Assembly: GCA_043228905.1 (NCBI GenBank)
Contig: JBHGNT010000008.1
Location: 13,888,001 to 13,952,000, forward strand
Direction of reading: 5' to 3'
Length of the DNA: 64,000 nucleotides
From: Azolla caroliniana
Lineage: Eukaryota; Plantae; Polypodiophyta
Position numbers and translations under genes: made by a program. Positions within the stretch are counted from its first letter, which is position 1. Each line of letters begins with the position of its first letter. Below the pieces are notes generated by a model. It saw only the letters and a program-made list of their open reading frames with translations, searched no databases and was not told the origin of the DNA. Shown piece by piece: positions 1-12,971 of the stretch.

Positions 1-1400
1 TGCTTTGTCTTGCCATGATAGACATGATTATTGATGAGGTGTATTGCGCTTTGTGAGTCCCAGTAGATGGTCAACGTCGGATGGTCGATTCGACTTGTTG
101 CTGACAAGTTAGCTGACATTTGGTGCAACTAGATTGCTTCCTTCGTTGCCTCTGATGATGCTATGTACTTGGTGTATGTGGGAGACAGAGTCATACACTC
201 TTTAAGCTTTGACATCCATGATATATCACCGCCACCATAGGTGACGATGTAGCCTGATGTCGACTTTTGATTGTCCGAGTTCCCGACGTAGTCGTAGTCG
301 GGGTACCCTTTGACTTTGGTTGGATTTACTGATCCGAAAGTTACGTGTGCATCGTTGGTCCCTATTAGGTACTTGAAGATGTGCTTGACGGCCTCCCAAT
401 GCTTTCGTCATGAGTTTGACATGTATTGGTTGACGACCCCTATAGCATAGACTAGGTCGGGTCGAGTCGCCACCATCGCGTACATGATACTTCCTACATC
501 CGATGGGTAGGTTATCTTTCCATTAAGCTCTTTCTCCTTGTTTGTCAAAGGAGAGTCTCTATCTGATAGTTAGATTGACGTCAAAAGTGGTGTTGGTGCT
601 AGCTTCATGTTTGCCATATTGAACCGCTTGAGCACTTTGCGGATGTCGTCGGACTAGGAGTGTCAGAGAGTGTTTGTCTTCCGAATTCGATCTATCCTCA
701 TGCCCAGTATATGTCAGGCTCATCCAAGTTCCTTCATCGCAAATTTATCGTGAAGACTCTGCTTTAGCTCTGCGATTTTAGTTTGATTGCTCCCTACAAT
801 CAGCATGTCGTCGACGTATAGGATTAGATAGATCCGGGACTCGTCAGTCAGTTGCCAAGCATATAGACATGGTCGGAATCGGACCGGTTGTAGCCAAGCT
901 GTCGTTGTAGGAGTCAAACTTCTAGTACTACATCCTCGACACTTGTTTTAAGCCCTAAAGGCTTTTCTTTAGTTGACATATGAGGTGACCTTCCTCCCCT
1001 GTCGCCGTGAAGCCTGCCGGTTGGGACATGTAGATGTCTTCTTCCAGATCTTTGTGTAGGAACGTCATCTTTACGTCCATTTGTTCTAGCTCTAGGTCTT
1101 CTGTCACCACCACCCGGAGTAGAAGTTGAAGGGTGGTCATCTTGACTACTTGAGAAAATATCTCGTCATAGTCGACTCCATGTTCTTTGTTGAACCCCTT
1201 CGCGACAAGCCGAGCTTTGTATTTGGGCTTCTTTGAATCAGATACATATTTGTATCGGCATACGCATTTGCAAGGTAGTAGCTTTCTTCCTGCATTGAGT
1301 CCATCTCGGATTGCATGGCATGTAGCCATGTATCGGCATCCCGTCCAACTATAGCTTCTTCGTATATGCTTGGTTCACCTGCATCTGTGTGAAGAGAAAT
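1..1400 (-). pseudogene. Decayed Ty1/copia pol fragment (RT-RNase H)
   Basis: Minus ORFs 955-1329 (KYKARLVAKGF...LEQMDVK) and 720-917 (ILYVDDMLI) carry copia RT motifs; many stops and frameshifts. Confidence 0.9.
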
Positions 1401-2059
1401 TGTTGCGGAATATAAATCACAATGAAGAAACTACGCGTTGCAATACGAATCACACAAAATGCCAGAAAGACAAGATAAACAAATGTACAGAGATTTACGT
1501 GGAAACCCTAAAACGGGAAAAACCACGGGTGAACAGATTCTTCACTATAGTATAGTGGATATACAATACAGAGAGGAATACAACGCTCTATCGAGTGTAT
1601 CAGCCAGACAGGGCTCTTCGCATCTGCTGTTACACACAGGACTATGGCATGGCTCAAACTTCTCTCTCTCACTCTCTCATGTCCTACAACTACAGTTCTT
1701 ATACAGTTCCACACAGTTAAAGTTTTCCCTAGTTGCATACGTAGCCCTCATGTGGCGCACTCTTAGACTATTTACAATTATAGTCTCCCGATTTGGCTAT
1801 ATACACGATTCCCGTTTCGGCCTCGGCCGAGTCCCTCATCAACTCGGCTCCTCTCTCTCCCCATCCAGAGAGACTTGTTTCCTAACATCATCATCATTAT
1901 TATTACTATAATAATAATAATCGAATCTTCAAACAATCGACTCACTATTTTCGACTCTTCGACTCTCGGCTTTCCGAACAGTCGGATCTTCCCTATCATC
2001 GACTGTCGGCTTTCCAATCAATCAGTTCTTCCTCCCACTGGAGGGACATATTCCCAACA
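1401..2059 (-). repeat. 3' LTR of copia element A
   Basis: TGTTG...CAACA termini; PPT (minus GCAGGGGGAGTT) abuts at 2060-2071; shares the GTGGAAA.C...AAAACCACGGG motif with LTRs at ~23.9-24.3 kb and 29.9-30.4 kb. Confidence 0.85.
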
Positions 2060-3829
2060 AACTCCCCCTGCACTCCTGTGGGAGGAAATCTGTTAGTCCT
2101 GTATTTTGTCGACAAACTCTGAGTCTGTCCAAAGGTAGGTTCTTCGTCAGCATGTCAGATCCATTGTCGTCGGTATGGATCTTCACAAGGGAAAACTCTC
2201 CTTCTTTGACTCTCTCTCGCAACCAGTGATACCTCCTCTGTATGTGCTTGGTCTAGGAGTGGTATGCCTTGTTCTTGGCTAGGTGTATGGCGTTTTGGCT
2301 GTCATAGTGAAGCACGAACTCCTTTTGCTTCATGTCTAGTTCGGTGAGAAAACTCTTCATCCAGATCAGCTCTTTTCGAGCTTCTACCACTGCCATATAC
2401 TCTGCCTCTATAGTCGACAAGGCTACAAACTTCTGCAATCGTGACTGCCACAACATTGCTCCCCCTGCATAGGTCATCATGTACCCTGACGTGGATCGGC
2501 TCGAGTTGACATCTCCTGACATGTACGAATTGGTAAAACCTTCCAGCACAGGTTTTCCGACACCATACCTTAGGCACACCCCCGAGGTGCCCTTTAAGTA
2601 CCTGAGTATCCATTTCACCACCGCCCAATGTTCTCTCCTTGGATTACTCATATATCGGCTTACTGCTCCCACAACAAATGCTATGTCCGGTCTCGTACAG
2701 ACCATAGCATACATTCGACTACCGACGGCCGAGGCATATGGTACCTTCCTCATCTTGGCCTTCTCCTTCTCCCCTCTCGGGCACTGCTACGCATTTAACC
2801 TGCAGTTTGTCGGCAACACTGAGCCGACCGGCTTTGTATTCGACATGTTGAACCTCTCTAGGATCTTCGTCACATACTTCTGTGGTGACAACCATAGCAC
2901 CTTTCGAGCTCTGTCTCAGGTTATGTGCATTCCTAGGATTTGCTTTGCCGGTCCAAGGTCTTTCATGGCAAATGATTTGCCGAGAGCTTTCTTCAAGCTT
3001 CCAATCTTCCTTGTGTCTTGACCGACTATCAACATATCATCAACATATAGCAAGAGAATCAAGAAATCTCCTTCTTTGTACCTTTTGACGAACACACAGT
3101 GATCGGCCAGTGTTTTCTGGAATCGATGTTCCACCATGAAGGACTCGAATTTCTTGTACCATTGGTGTGGAGCTTGTTTCAAACCGTAGAAGCTTTTCCT
3201 CAGTCGACACACCAGATTCTCTTTTCCTTTCTCCTCAAAGCCTTCGGGTTGATGTATGTAGATCTCTTCGTCTAACTCCCAGTGCAGAAATGTGGTTTTG
3301 ACATCCAACTGTTGGATCTCCAGATCCATGCTGGCCGCTATGCGCAGAACAGTTCGTATGGATGTCATCTTCATGACTAGTGCGAATATTTTGTCGAAGT
3401 CGACACCCTTCTTTTGTTGGAAACCCTTCACCACTATGTGGGCTTTATACCTGGGCTCACTGTCGACTTCTCCAGTCTTCACCATGTAGACCCACTTATT
3501 CCTTAGTGCTCTCTTACCTTTCGGCAGCTCTACTAGGTCGTAGGTGTAATTCGCGTGCAAAGATTCCATCTCCTCTTGCATCGTGTTCACCCATTTTCCT
3601 CTGCTCTCGTCGGAAATGGCTTCTTCATAGCACTCCGGTTCACTGTCATCAGTCAAGAGGATGTATTGACTGGCATATGTAGTCGGTGCCTTTATGTGAG
3701 TGGGTATCTTCGTCCACTCGTTGTTGGCTCCAGTCCGAATGTCTCTGCCAACTCTTCTCTTTGCTCGGGATTCTGCTCATCAATCGGCATCTCCAGGTCA
3801 GATAACTCCAACTCATATTCATCATAGTG
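2060..3829 (-). pseudogene. Copia A pol 3' half (RT, RNase H), 5'-truncated
   Basis: ORFs 2916-3656 (YKAHIVVKGF, QLDVKT, LLYVDDML), 2253-2753 (YASAVGS.MYAMVCTRPD, ALSTIEAEY) and 2022-2222 (DMLTK). Confidence 0.92.
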
Positions 3830-5917
3830 CCATGGCATGTCGGACCCATTCCTCTATTCATCCTCCAAGATGTCCTGTCCGCTCGTACATTTTGGTTCGG
3901 AGACAGCGTAATGTCCATAGGTGCTTCGTTGCTTTGCTGCACGTCCTGTCCCTGCTCGATCGTCATGGGGGTTTCTATGTTGTCAACTTCTCCCTGCATG
4001 GTCGTCCCCGGCTCTGCTGGCTCATTCCTTTCTATTGGGGCTGACTCTTCCGTCTGTGGGCAAGCGGTTGACTGAGGCTCTGTCCTGTCCGTATCATCCA
4101 CAATGTTGCCTAACGTAGTTGTCATCTTCGGTGACTTAGGCTGAGGCTCCCCGTGCTCGGTAGAATCGGTATCGGGTACCATAATTGGCTCCGTACGCTA
4201 ATGTTCACTCTTGATCTCCATTAGCCAGAGAAAAATATCTTCTTGACTTTCCCCGAAGTCGTCTAACAGCTATGCAAGTTCCTCGGAGTGTTGGTCCACT
4301 AGTGTGCGATAATCCTGTGCTAGGTCCTTGCGTACTACCGCAATGCCTTCCTCATTGAGTTTGTTGAAACCTTGACCTTCTTTCCTTCGGCTCTCCTAGT
4401 CCGCCCAGTAGGTATGCAACTCCGCCGCTTGTGTTGCCCACGCCATCCAGCCTTTGTCTAGCGTCGTTTTTAATTGCGCCGCAAACCTCTCTCGATTTGT
4501 TTGAAGAAGTATGCGTACATTATTTGTTATCACTTGCGAGCGGTTTTCCGCTTCTTCCAGGGTTTTTTTGAGGTTTTCAATTTCTCGCTTATTAACCGTA
4601 GCCGCTTCCTCATAATGTCTTTTCATCTTTGCCCATATCAGGGATTCTTTCAAGTGTAGTTCCTCTAGCCGGCCCATTTCATTGTTCAGGTGGAATTCTA
4701 CCTGATGCATCACCTCCCGTTCTCGTATGAGTTGCTCGTTGTACCACGCTTTCTTCTTTTCCAATAACTCCCGAAGTCCGGTGATCGTCGCTTCCGACTT
4801 TTGGGCTTCCTCTCGTAGCTTGTTGTTTTCTTCTTTCCTGCTGGTGTGCGCTGCTGTCTCCGCTTCGAGCTTATCTTCTAGTGCCTTTATTGCCTTTCAG
4901 CCTTCGGCCCAGATGTCCTTTTCTCTGTCCGACGATTGGCGGAGTTCGGCGCGGAGGCGGTCAATCTCGGACTCCGCAAGCTACGTAACCCTTTTTGCTT
5001 TAGCGGCGATGGCCTTATGCGTTTCAATCTCCTCTTGTAGGGTTATCGATGCGTCTTCGCCGGATGTTGGTTCGGGGTTTTGCGGTGCCATAGTGACGTT
5101 GTGTTCTAACTCCGCAATGCGCTCTTGGGCCTTCTGTAATTGGGCTTGAGTCATCTTGACTATTTTCCAAACGTCTTTATTCTTGATAGCCATATCCTTG
5201 GCGCCCATACTGACGTTAGCCAATTCCTATTGTGCCTCGATAAGGATCGTGTTCAATGGGGGTAGTTCAATGCCCATACACCGAATCCCTGCGTTCCACT
5301 GCTTGCCTATCTTGGCTAGAGGCCCCTCATCCTCCCTTTCTGCTGTTTGCATTAGCACCCGCTCCACCATCTGCTACTCGGCGTGTTCTTCGGTCATTAT
5401 GACACCTTGATCTACTGAGTCGCTAAAAATTCCATGAGCTCATATGTGGTGCCATACTGCAATAACGCACTGAACTCATGTGCCATGTCCGTAATGTCCG
5501 GATATTTCAGGACTTCACTTTCCACCGTAAGCACTCCTTTGCCCCGCTGAGATTGCACCGTAATGAAGGGTCGAGGTTCGTGAAATATCTCCAGTGTCGT
5601 AGTGGGCTCTGTGGGACCACAAGTTTCGGTGGTGACGATCGTATCTTTTACCAATCCGTGGCCATCCTTCCGGTCTAATCGTCGTTGTTTGGGTCTGGGA
5701 CTGTCACCGGAGGGCTCTTGTTCCTCTGTTGTCGTGGAGGGTTGTGTCTCAGCGTCTTTGGCTGGTGCTTCCATCTATGTCGTCCGCTGGGTGGTAGGAG
5801 AAGGTTGTGCTTCCTCCTCCCATTCGGTGGTAGCTAACTCTGGTAATCGTGTTTCGCAGATCGTGGCGGGGGCGTCGGTTCGCTTGGTGTGGGGGCAAAA
5901 AGTCCGCGAGGAGGACT
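3830..5917 (-). pseudogene. Fragment of the extra coiled-coil ORF from a relative of the gypsy at 36503-46589
   Basis: ORF 4396-4764 and its read-through (WMAWATQAAELHTYWAD*ESRRKKGQGFNKLNEEGI) align by eye with WKEWSQQAAELQTLRADAENRRKTGDKFYKMDEESI in ORF 37088-38032; similar low-complexity and coiled-coil flanks. Confidence 0.75.
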
Positions 5918-8313
5918 AAATCATCAACATAAAGTAAATTACTAACCTGTCCATGTTGACCTTGCCGGACGAACAATGAAGAGTCTAATTTAGACGTCGC
6001 AAACCCCATCTAACGCAGGTGTTGCGTGATTTTCGCGTTCGTAGAGGTGTTCTTTCCGGACTGAAATCCGGGGGCTTGTACCATGTACACCTGATCCTCA
6101 AGTTCTCCTTCTAGGAACACATTCTTTACATCCATCTGATGTAAATGCCACCCCTTTACCGCGGTTACCGCAAGCAGGACACAGACGGTTGTCATCTTCG
6201 CGATCGGCGCAAAGGTCTCATCGTAGTTGATGTCGTGTTGTTGTGCGTATCACTTTGTCGCTAATTGGGCCTTGTACCGGTTGACAGAGCCGTTGGTGTT
6301 GTACTCGACCTTGTACACCCACCTGCATCCAATCGGCTTTACACCCTTCTGGGCATTACACCCTTCTTCGTCCGGAGGCATTTCGGCCTCACTGACCTTC
6401 TCTTTAGATATCAGAATGGAGTTGTTAGGGGTTAGAGGTGAAGGGAAGTACCACGACGTGGATTCATTGAAAACGACATCTCGGCTCACTCGAACTTGCT
6501 TGGTCCAGGGTTTATATCACTTATAACCCTTCTATTCACATGAGTGGCCTACCAACACGCATTTCTCTAATTTCAAGTCTAGCTTCCTTCACTTCTCATG
6601 GGGCACATGCACATAGGCAATGCTCTCGAATACCCTCAAGTGTCATAGGTTCGGCTTCCTTCCAAAATATAACTCATTTGCAAACACCTTTTCTCCAATT
6701 CGATTTTGGATGTAGACCGTGGTTCGTACCTCTTCGACCCAATAGAAGTTGGGCATGCTCTTTTCTTCTAGCATCACCCGTGCCGCTTCCACAACCAAAC
6801 GATTCCCCCTTTCAACTACGCCATTTTGTTCCAGCGTATATCGGCAACTCAATTTGCACTAAATTCACAGTTGTTGCAGACAGCAATTGAATTGACCGGA
6901 AAAGTACTCTTTTCCGCAATCCAACCACAAGCACTTGATCTTCTTGTTTGTTTCCCTTTCAACAAGTTCTTTCAGGTTTCGGAAACTGTGGAAGACTTCA
7001 CTCTTATTTTTTATGAGGTAGATGCACGTGTCCTGGCTATAGTTGTCGATGAAGGAGACAAAATATCGACTCCCACCAAGAATTACGTTCTGTGCCGGTC
7101 CACATACATCTGAGTGTATCAAGTCAAGTGTATTTCAACTCCGGTCATGCTCATTTGGGAAGGAAGTTGGTGTTGCTCCCTAGCTCGCACGCTTCACAAA
7201 TTGAGGCCTTATAACCACTGAATTTCCCTAGGTCGCACGCTTCAATTGCAACTCCTAAAGCCTCTTGTAATTAATGTGGCCTATCCTCTTATGCCATAAG
7301 TCGATATCTAACTTGACTTTTTTTCCTTTCGCGAACAAAGTGATCCCAACATCATTGGTGTCGAGGATGAACATCCTCCCGTCTCTTCGCCCTTGCGCAA
7401 TAATTTGGCCCTCATCCTCAATGAAGCACCCGAGATGCGTGAATCACAATTGCATTCCCTAGTCGATGATCTATCCGACCAACACCAGATTCTTTTTTAT
7501 TGTCAGGACATGCAGGACATTCATCAACTTTCCCTTCTGCCCAACATGGCTTAGGGGGACTTCACCGACATGCTCGATGGTATGCATGGTGTCGTCTCCG
7601 GTTTCGATCACCCCTAGTTGTTCCGGTTTTCTAGATAAGCAAACCACTCTGCGTGGCTTGTCATATGGTTTGACGCTCCGGAATCAACATACCATACCTC
7701 ATTCTGTTTTGAGGTGCTTGTCTTCATCAAATTGGCCTTGTGTTTCATCACAAAGGCCAGGCCCAATCCATCTTCAAAACCGGATCCTTTCGGTCCTTCC
7801 GCGTAGTGCGAGCTTTGTCGGTTTCCCCAACCGGCCTTGCCCAATTCGGATTTTTCCGAATTGGCGCGCTTCGTCGACTGGTTTAGGGTTGTACAACATC
7901 CAATTGTCCGATTGACTAGTCCTCGACCAACTCGTGTGGTTTTCTTCGACCATTAGCATTGAGTGCAGGTCGAAGAAGGACGTTGGTTTCTCTCGACTGC
8001 AAATAGCCGTCCAAATAGGCCCATACCGTTGTGCTAGACCACCAAGGTAGATCTACTTTCGTCTTCATGCACCATGACATTCATGGACCCTAATGCATCG
8101 TAGATCTCCTTTACCTCCGTGGTGTAGTCGATCACCGACATGTCGAGCTCTTGCCTGAGCTACAACTTCCGAGCCGTGGTACTTGCTCCGGCAAAAATCT
8201 TTTTCATATTTCTCCAGGCCTCCTTCGGTGTCTTCGTGTCTCTAATGGAGCCAAGCATCTGGTCATGCACCCAAGACGTGAGACAATACAACGCTATGCT
8301 CACTCCTTGATCT

Positions 8314-8506
8314 TGTCATGATAACACTCACATCATGCATCGAAACGATCATGACACTCATATCATGACTCGAAAGGATTTGAACCCACGACCTTGTTGT
8401 ACACATGTCAAATCCTTAACCATTGTATTAGTATTCTTATATCTATAGTTTTTAGAATATGACATAGTAATTCTCTTTCAATAATCTCTCTATCTCTCTC
8501 TTGACA
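8314..8506 (+). repeat. Chromovirus 5' LTR, internally deleted (lacks the TCTAGA array and TATA)
   Basis: First ~150 bp match 21381-21530, then jumps to a CT-rich end ...TTGACA. Confidence 0.75.
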
Positions 8507-11500
8507 GTTTGAACCAATTTTTTCCTTCCATCTCTTCGTCTTCCACAAACCCTAACAAGTTCTCTTCTTCCTTCTCCTCTCCCCTCGTAAGCTATGGAGT
8601 CCGTGAGCAAACAAGAATACATGTGTGTTCTTTCTGAGCTCGACATGCTCATGAATAAATTTGTGGCATTAGAGCATGAGAATCAAAGACTAGTTGGAGA
8701 CCTAGAACACGTTGTCATGCCTTTCGGCGCCAGATCGTTGCGTGAGTCGGGTGGGAACCGCCAGGGTTTTGGACTAGGAGGAAGAATTTGACGCTAATCT
8801 AGTTATGAGTAGATTACAAGAAAGAGATTTAGAAACTTGTGAGTTCCACAAGTATAGATTATTAGATTTATTACTATTTAGAATCCTAATTACAATTTAT
8901 CATAGATTGGAAGCGAGAGATTATATAAAACTTCGTGAATCCCACGATTATATTTTATTAATTGGTGTTTTAGGAAATATATCCAATTTCCAAAAATTTT
9001 ACTCCCCCATTACTTTGTGCTCCCCATCCTTATATAACGATGAGAGAGTCTTGGCAATCCATGCTTTTTCTCTAATATGCTTTTTCTAAAGTCATGCATT
9101 TTTTATCGACTATTGTGTTCATGCACGCCAGATGTGCATGTGTAGCTTTTTCTTTTACCATGTGTTTTCTTCTAACTAAAGTTTATCCTACTGTATACTT
9201 ACCTTTCTATGTGGGACGTCTAGTTTTTTAACAATAATGATATGTTAGTGTAATGGTAAAGCTTCACATTATGTACATGGAGGTACAAGGTTCGAATCTT
9301 GCCATATGCATGTAACAATATTTTTTTTCTATTTACAAATTTGTCTCTTCATCCGGTGAGAGACTCTCACCGGCCTTCTTTATCCGGCTCTTGCCAATTC
9401 TGCTTGATCCGGTTCTTACTGGGTCCTCCTTACCAGTTCCTCCTTCATCCGGTTCTCACCGGTTCTCCTTACCGGTTCCTCCTTACCGTCCCATCCGAAG
9501 GAACCAAAAATGCAATTTTCACATAGTGTGTGAATTACACTACGACACTTGCCCCCTCCAAACCCGCACATCCTTCGATATGTGCCAAAGTTCCTGATGC
9601 TTGTTGTTCTTCTTCATCTGTAGCACTTCCCAATTCCTCCCTTATATCAACTATCAATTGTAGACCACTTTCTTCGCTTTCTGCATCACCATGAGCTTTG
9701 TTCGATTGCTCCTTGTTATCAGTCTTGTCTAAGCTTACATAAGGTTCACCATCAGTCCGCTTCTTAAAAATCTTCACCCGTTTCCCCGCAATGGGCACCC
9801 GTAGTATTGTTCCATCCAACTCGCATAGCCGGTAAGTTCCGTTGTCAAGAACTTTCCGAACCTTGTATGGCTCGAACCACCTCTTAGCGAACTTCCGTAT
9901 TGTTGTATGTTGATGATCCAAACTATTGTCATAGAAAATCACCCAATCTCCTTCTTCAATCTTCCGTGGTCATAGTCGGTGCTTTATGTCGAACCGGCTT
10001 TTGTTCCGGAATCACACTTCTTGTTGTCGGCGTGTTTCTTCTACTATGTCTTCCTGTCTCCCCTCTAGTTGTCGTATCTGGACCGCTAGTAGTTCTTCCC
10101 GGCTCATCTCTTCCTTCCATGGTACCATTGTCCATGTCGTGATCGCGGTTTTCGTCGGCATCACCGGTGCTTGTCCGGTCATAAGTTCTGTCGGCATATA
10201 ACCGGTTACGGAGCTATGCATCGTCCAATCCGCCCATAGTGCATACGGGAGCATTTGTGGCCAATCCTTCACCCTTCTGTCTCATGCTTCGGCAAGTGCT
10301 TTGACGATCGGACTATGTCCTCGTTCGATTTTCCCGTTGGCCTTCAGATTGTATGCCGTTGTTAGTGTTAACCGAACTCCATGTTTTGTGAAGAATTCCC
10401 TAGCTTTATCAGAGTCGAGTTCTCCCTGATCCACAATCACTTGTCCTACGCACCCGTACCTGCAAAACACCTCCTCCAAAAGAAATTGGCATACCACAGA
10501 ACACGTTTTCCTTCCTAGCGCCCGACCTTCTACTTGGTTTGTGAGATCTTCCCGAGCTAACACCAAGTACTTCTTTTGTCCGATCTCAGTTGGCATAGCG
10601 ACAATGTCGACCATCCATTTGAAGTTGATTGTCGGTGAGAATGTTGGATGTAACTCATCTCGGTGTCGAATTCCGGAGTAGATTTGACACTTCTTGCAGC
10701 TTTCCGTGAACTCCACTATATCTTGGTACATATTCTTCCACCAATATTTTTGTTTGATTTTCACAAAAGTTGCCCATGTTCCTCGATGTCCAACCCAATC
10801 GGATTTGTGAAACTCGAACATTATCCGGTTTCGTTGCTCTTTCGTCCCGACTACTCGAAGTGGTATGCAATCCGGTCTTTTCGACTCCCTCCATATTAAT
10901 CCATTTTTCAAGAAGAACTTTTGGACTTGCCTCTTCTTCCTTTGGATCTCGGCTCTCTTCTCTTTATCATCCGATGATTCCTCAATCTCTTGTAGCACCT
11001 TCCCGATCATCAAGCTTTCTCCCTCGTATTCTTCTTCTCGTAATTCTCAGATTACGTTTACTCGGCATATGTGCTCCGAAGCAAAGTACTCTTTAGAAAC
11101 TTCTTCATTATCGGATTCGGCTATGTCGTCTCCGAACCGAGCCCTTGATAGCATATCCACTACGGCGTTGTCTTTTCCAGAGATGTGTCGTACGTCCAGG
11201 TTAAGCGACTTAACATATGCAATCCATCTTAGCATAGCCACATCCGGTATCGTGCAACACCGCATCATCCCAAGTATCGGAAGACAATCCGTTTCGATCA
11301 CTACTTCGGCTCCGATCAAATAATCTCGATCTGATTTGATTTCTGACACGACTCACCATAATTCTCTTTTGACTTGTGCATATCCGCGTTGCCTTTTGTT
11401 GAGAACCTTTGCTCCGAAGCAGATCGGATATCGCAAACCATCCGAGTCGGCTTGATTGATGATCCATCCGATCCCGGTTGGACTTGTATCAACTGTTACT

Positions 11501-12971
11501 ATGATCGGTCGCTCATAGCTCGGCTTCTTAAGTGCTTCAGCCCTCCGTAGTGTTTCTTTGAGCTTCTTCATGGCTTTGGTGTGTTCCGGTTTCCATTCGA
11601 ACTTCTTCCCGTTCCGCAATAAGTGATAGAGTGGGTCCGCAATATGTGCATAGTGTGGAATCCATATGTGATAAAATGCACAAGCTCCAAGAAACCTTCA
11701 AACTTCATATTGTGACTCGCATACTTCCTTCATAGCTTGAATCGCATCGATCTTGGTTGGTGACGGTCTTCGCCGTAGGGTCCACATAGATGTCCGACTA
11801 CCAATATTTCTTCTTGTCTGAATGCCGATTTCTCTCCGGAAAGTGTTAGGTGCACATCTTCTAACTTTCATAGCACTTTCTCACAATCGCGAATATGATC
11901 AACTACGAACTGTCGGCATCCCCGATCATCCATAGTCTCATCTTTTTCTTCCACCGCGCATCCTTTCATTGGAATGTCATTCAGGAACGGCATCGTTATC
12001 TCCAGAATACAGTCTCGAAGCACCTTGTTCATTGCATTCATCATATGTGCAACCGAGTTTGTTGCTCCTTGTGGTAGTGTGCACATTTGGACTAATCCTA
12101 TCGGTGTCCGCATGGTCGTGATGTCTCGGCTCTCTACGGCTAGTTGGAATTGGTCATACCCCGACCCGAGTATAGGTCTCCGATGGAGTATATCGCACGA
12201 CCGGCAAATGCTTCTGCAAATTCATCCACTATCGGACCAACTCCGGAGTTCCGGATCGTGACCTTGTACACCGGTTGCAAGTCTTGGATAAATCGGAGTG
12301 ACCCATTCTTCTTCGGAACCGTAAACCATTGATTTGAGTATGAATTGTTCGATGGCTCTAGAATCCCCATCGCCACCTTCTCCTTGAGCAAGTCGATGAT
12401 TTTGGGAATATGCGCCCGCGGCACCGGAATTGGCTTCAGATTCCACGGCACATGGTCAATCGTGAAGATCACCATCGGCTCCACTATCTTCGGATCAACG
12501 CACCCTATCTCCTTCGATGTGAATGTAAATGCTTTCCCATGTTTTTCCAACATCCCACGGAATCGTTCTTCTTCATTTTGTAAAAGGAAACTACCTCCAC
12601 CGATCCGAACTTTCTTCCGGGTCTCATCCATGAAGGCATGTCCGATATCCACGGACTTCCGAAGTGTCGGATCTCCCAAGACTTCTTTCCTCTTTTGCTC
12701 GCTATTGGCGGGTAACGGTCCTGCAACTGGTTTCACTTTCTTCTCCACGGTCTTGTATTTCGTACTTACCATTGCTTCTTCTTTGTGGAGCCCATCCGGC
12801 CCCATTTTCGCAATGATCTCGTAAATCTCGACCGATTCCATCGGGACTACCTGGTCTCCTTGGCTTTTATCCTCCACATGCTCTTCACGCCGTTGTAGTG
12901 TGCTCCCAGAGAACACTTCTTCGACTACCCCCACGATTTCTTCGTCTTCTTGTATTATTGATGCCGACCGC

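Noticed and set aside
9240-9310. Functional tRNA genes in the LTR modules
   Set aside because: A and B boxes are present, but acceptor and anticodon stems do not fold into a canonical cloverleaf; reported only as tRNA-like.
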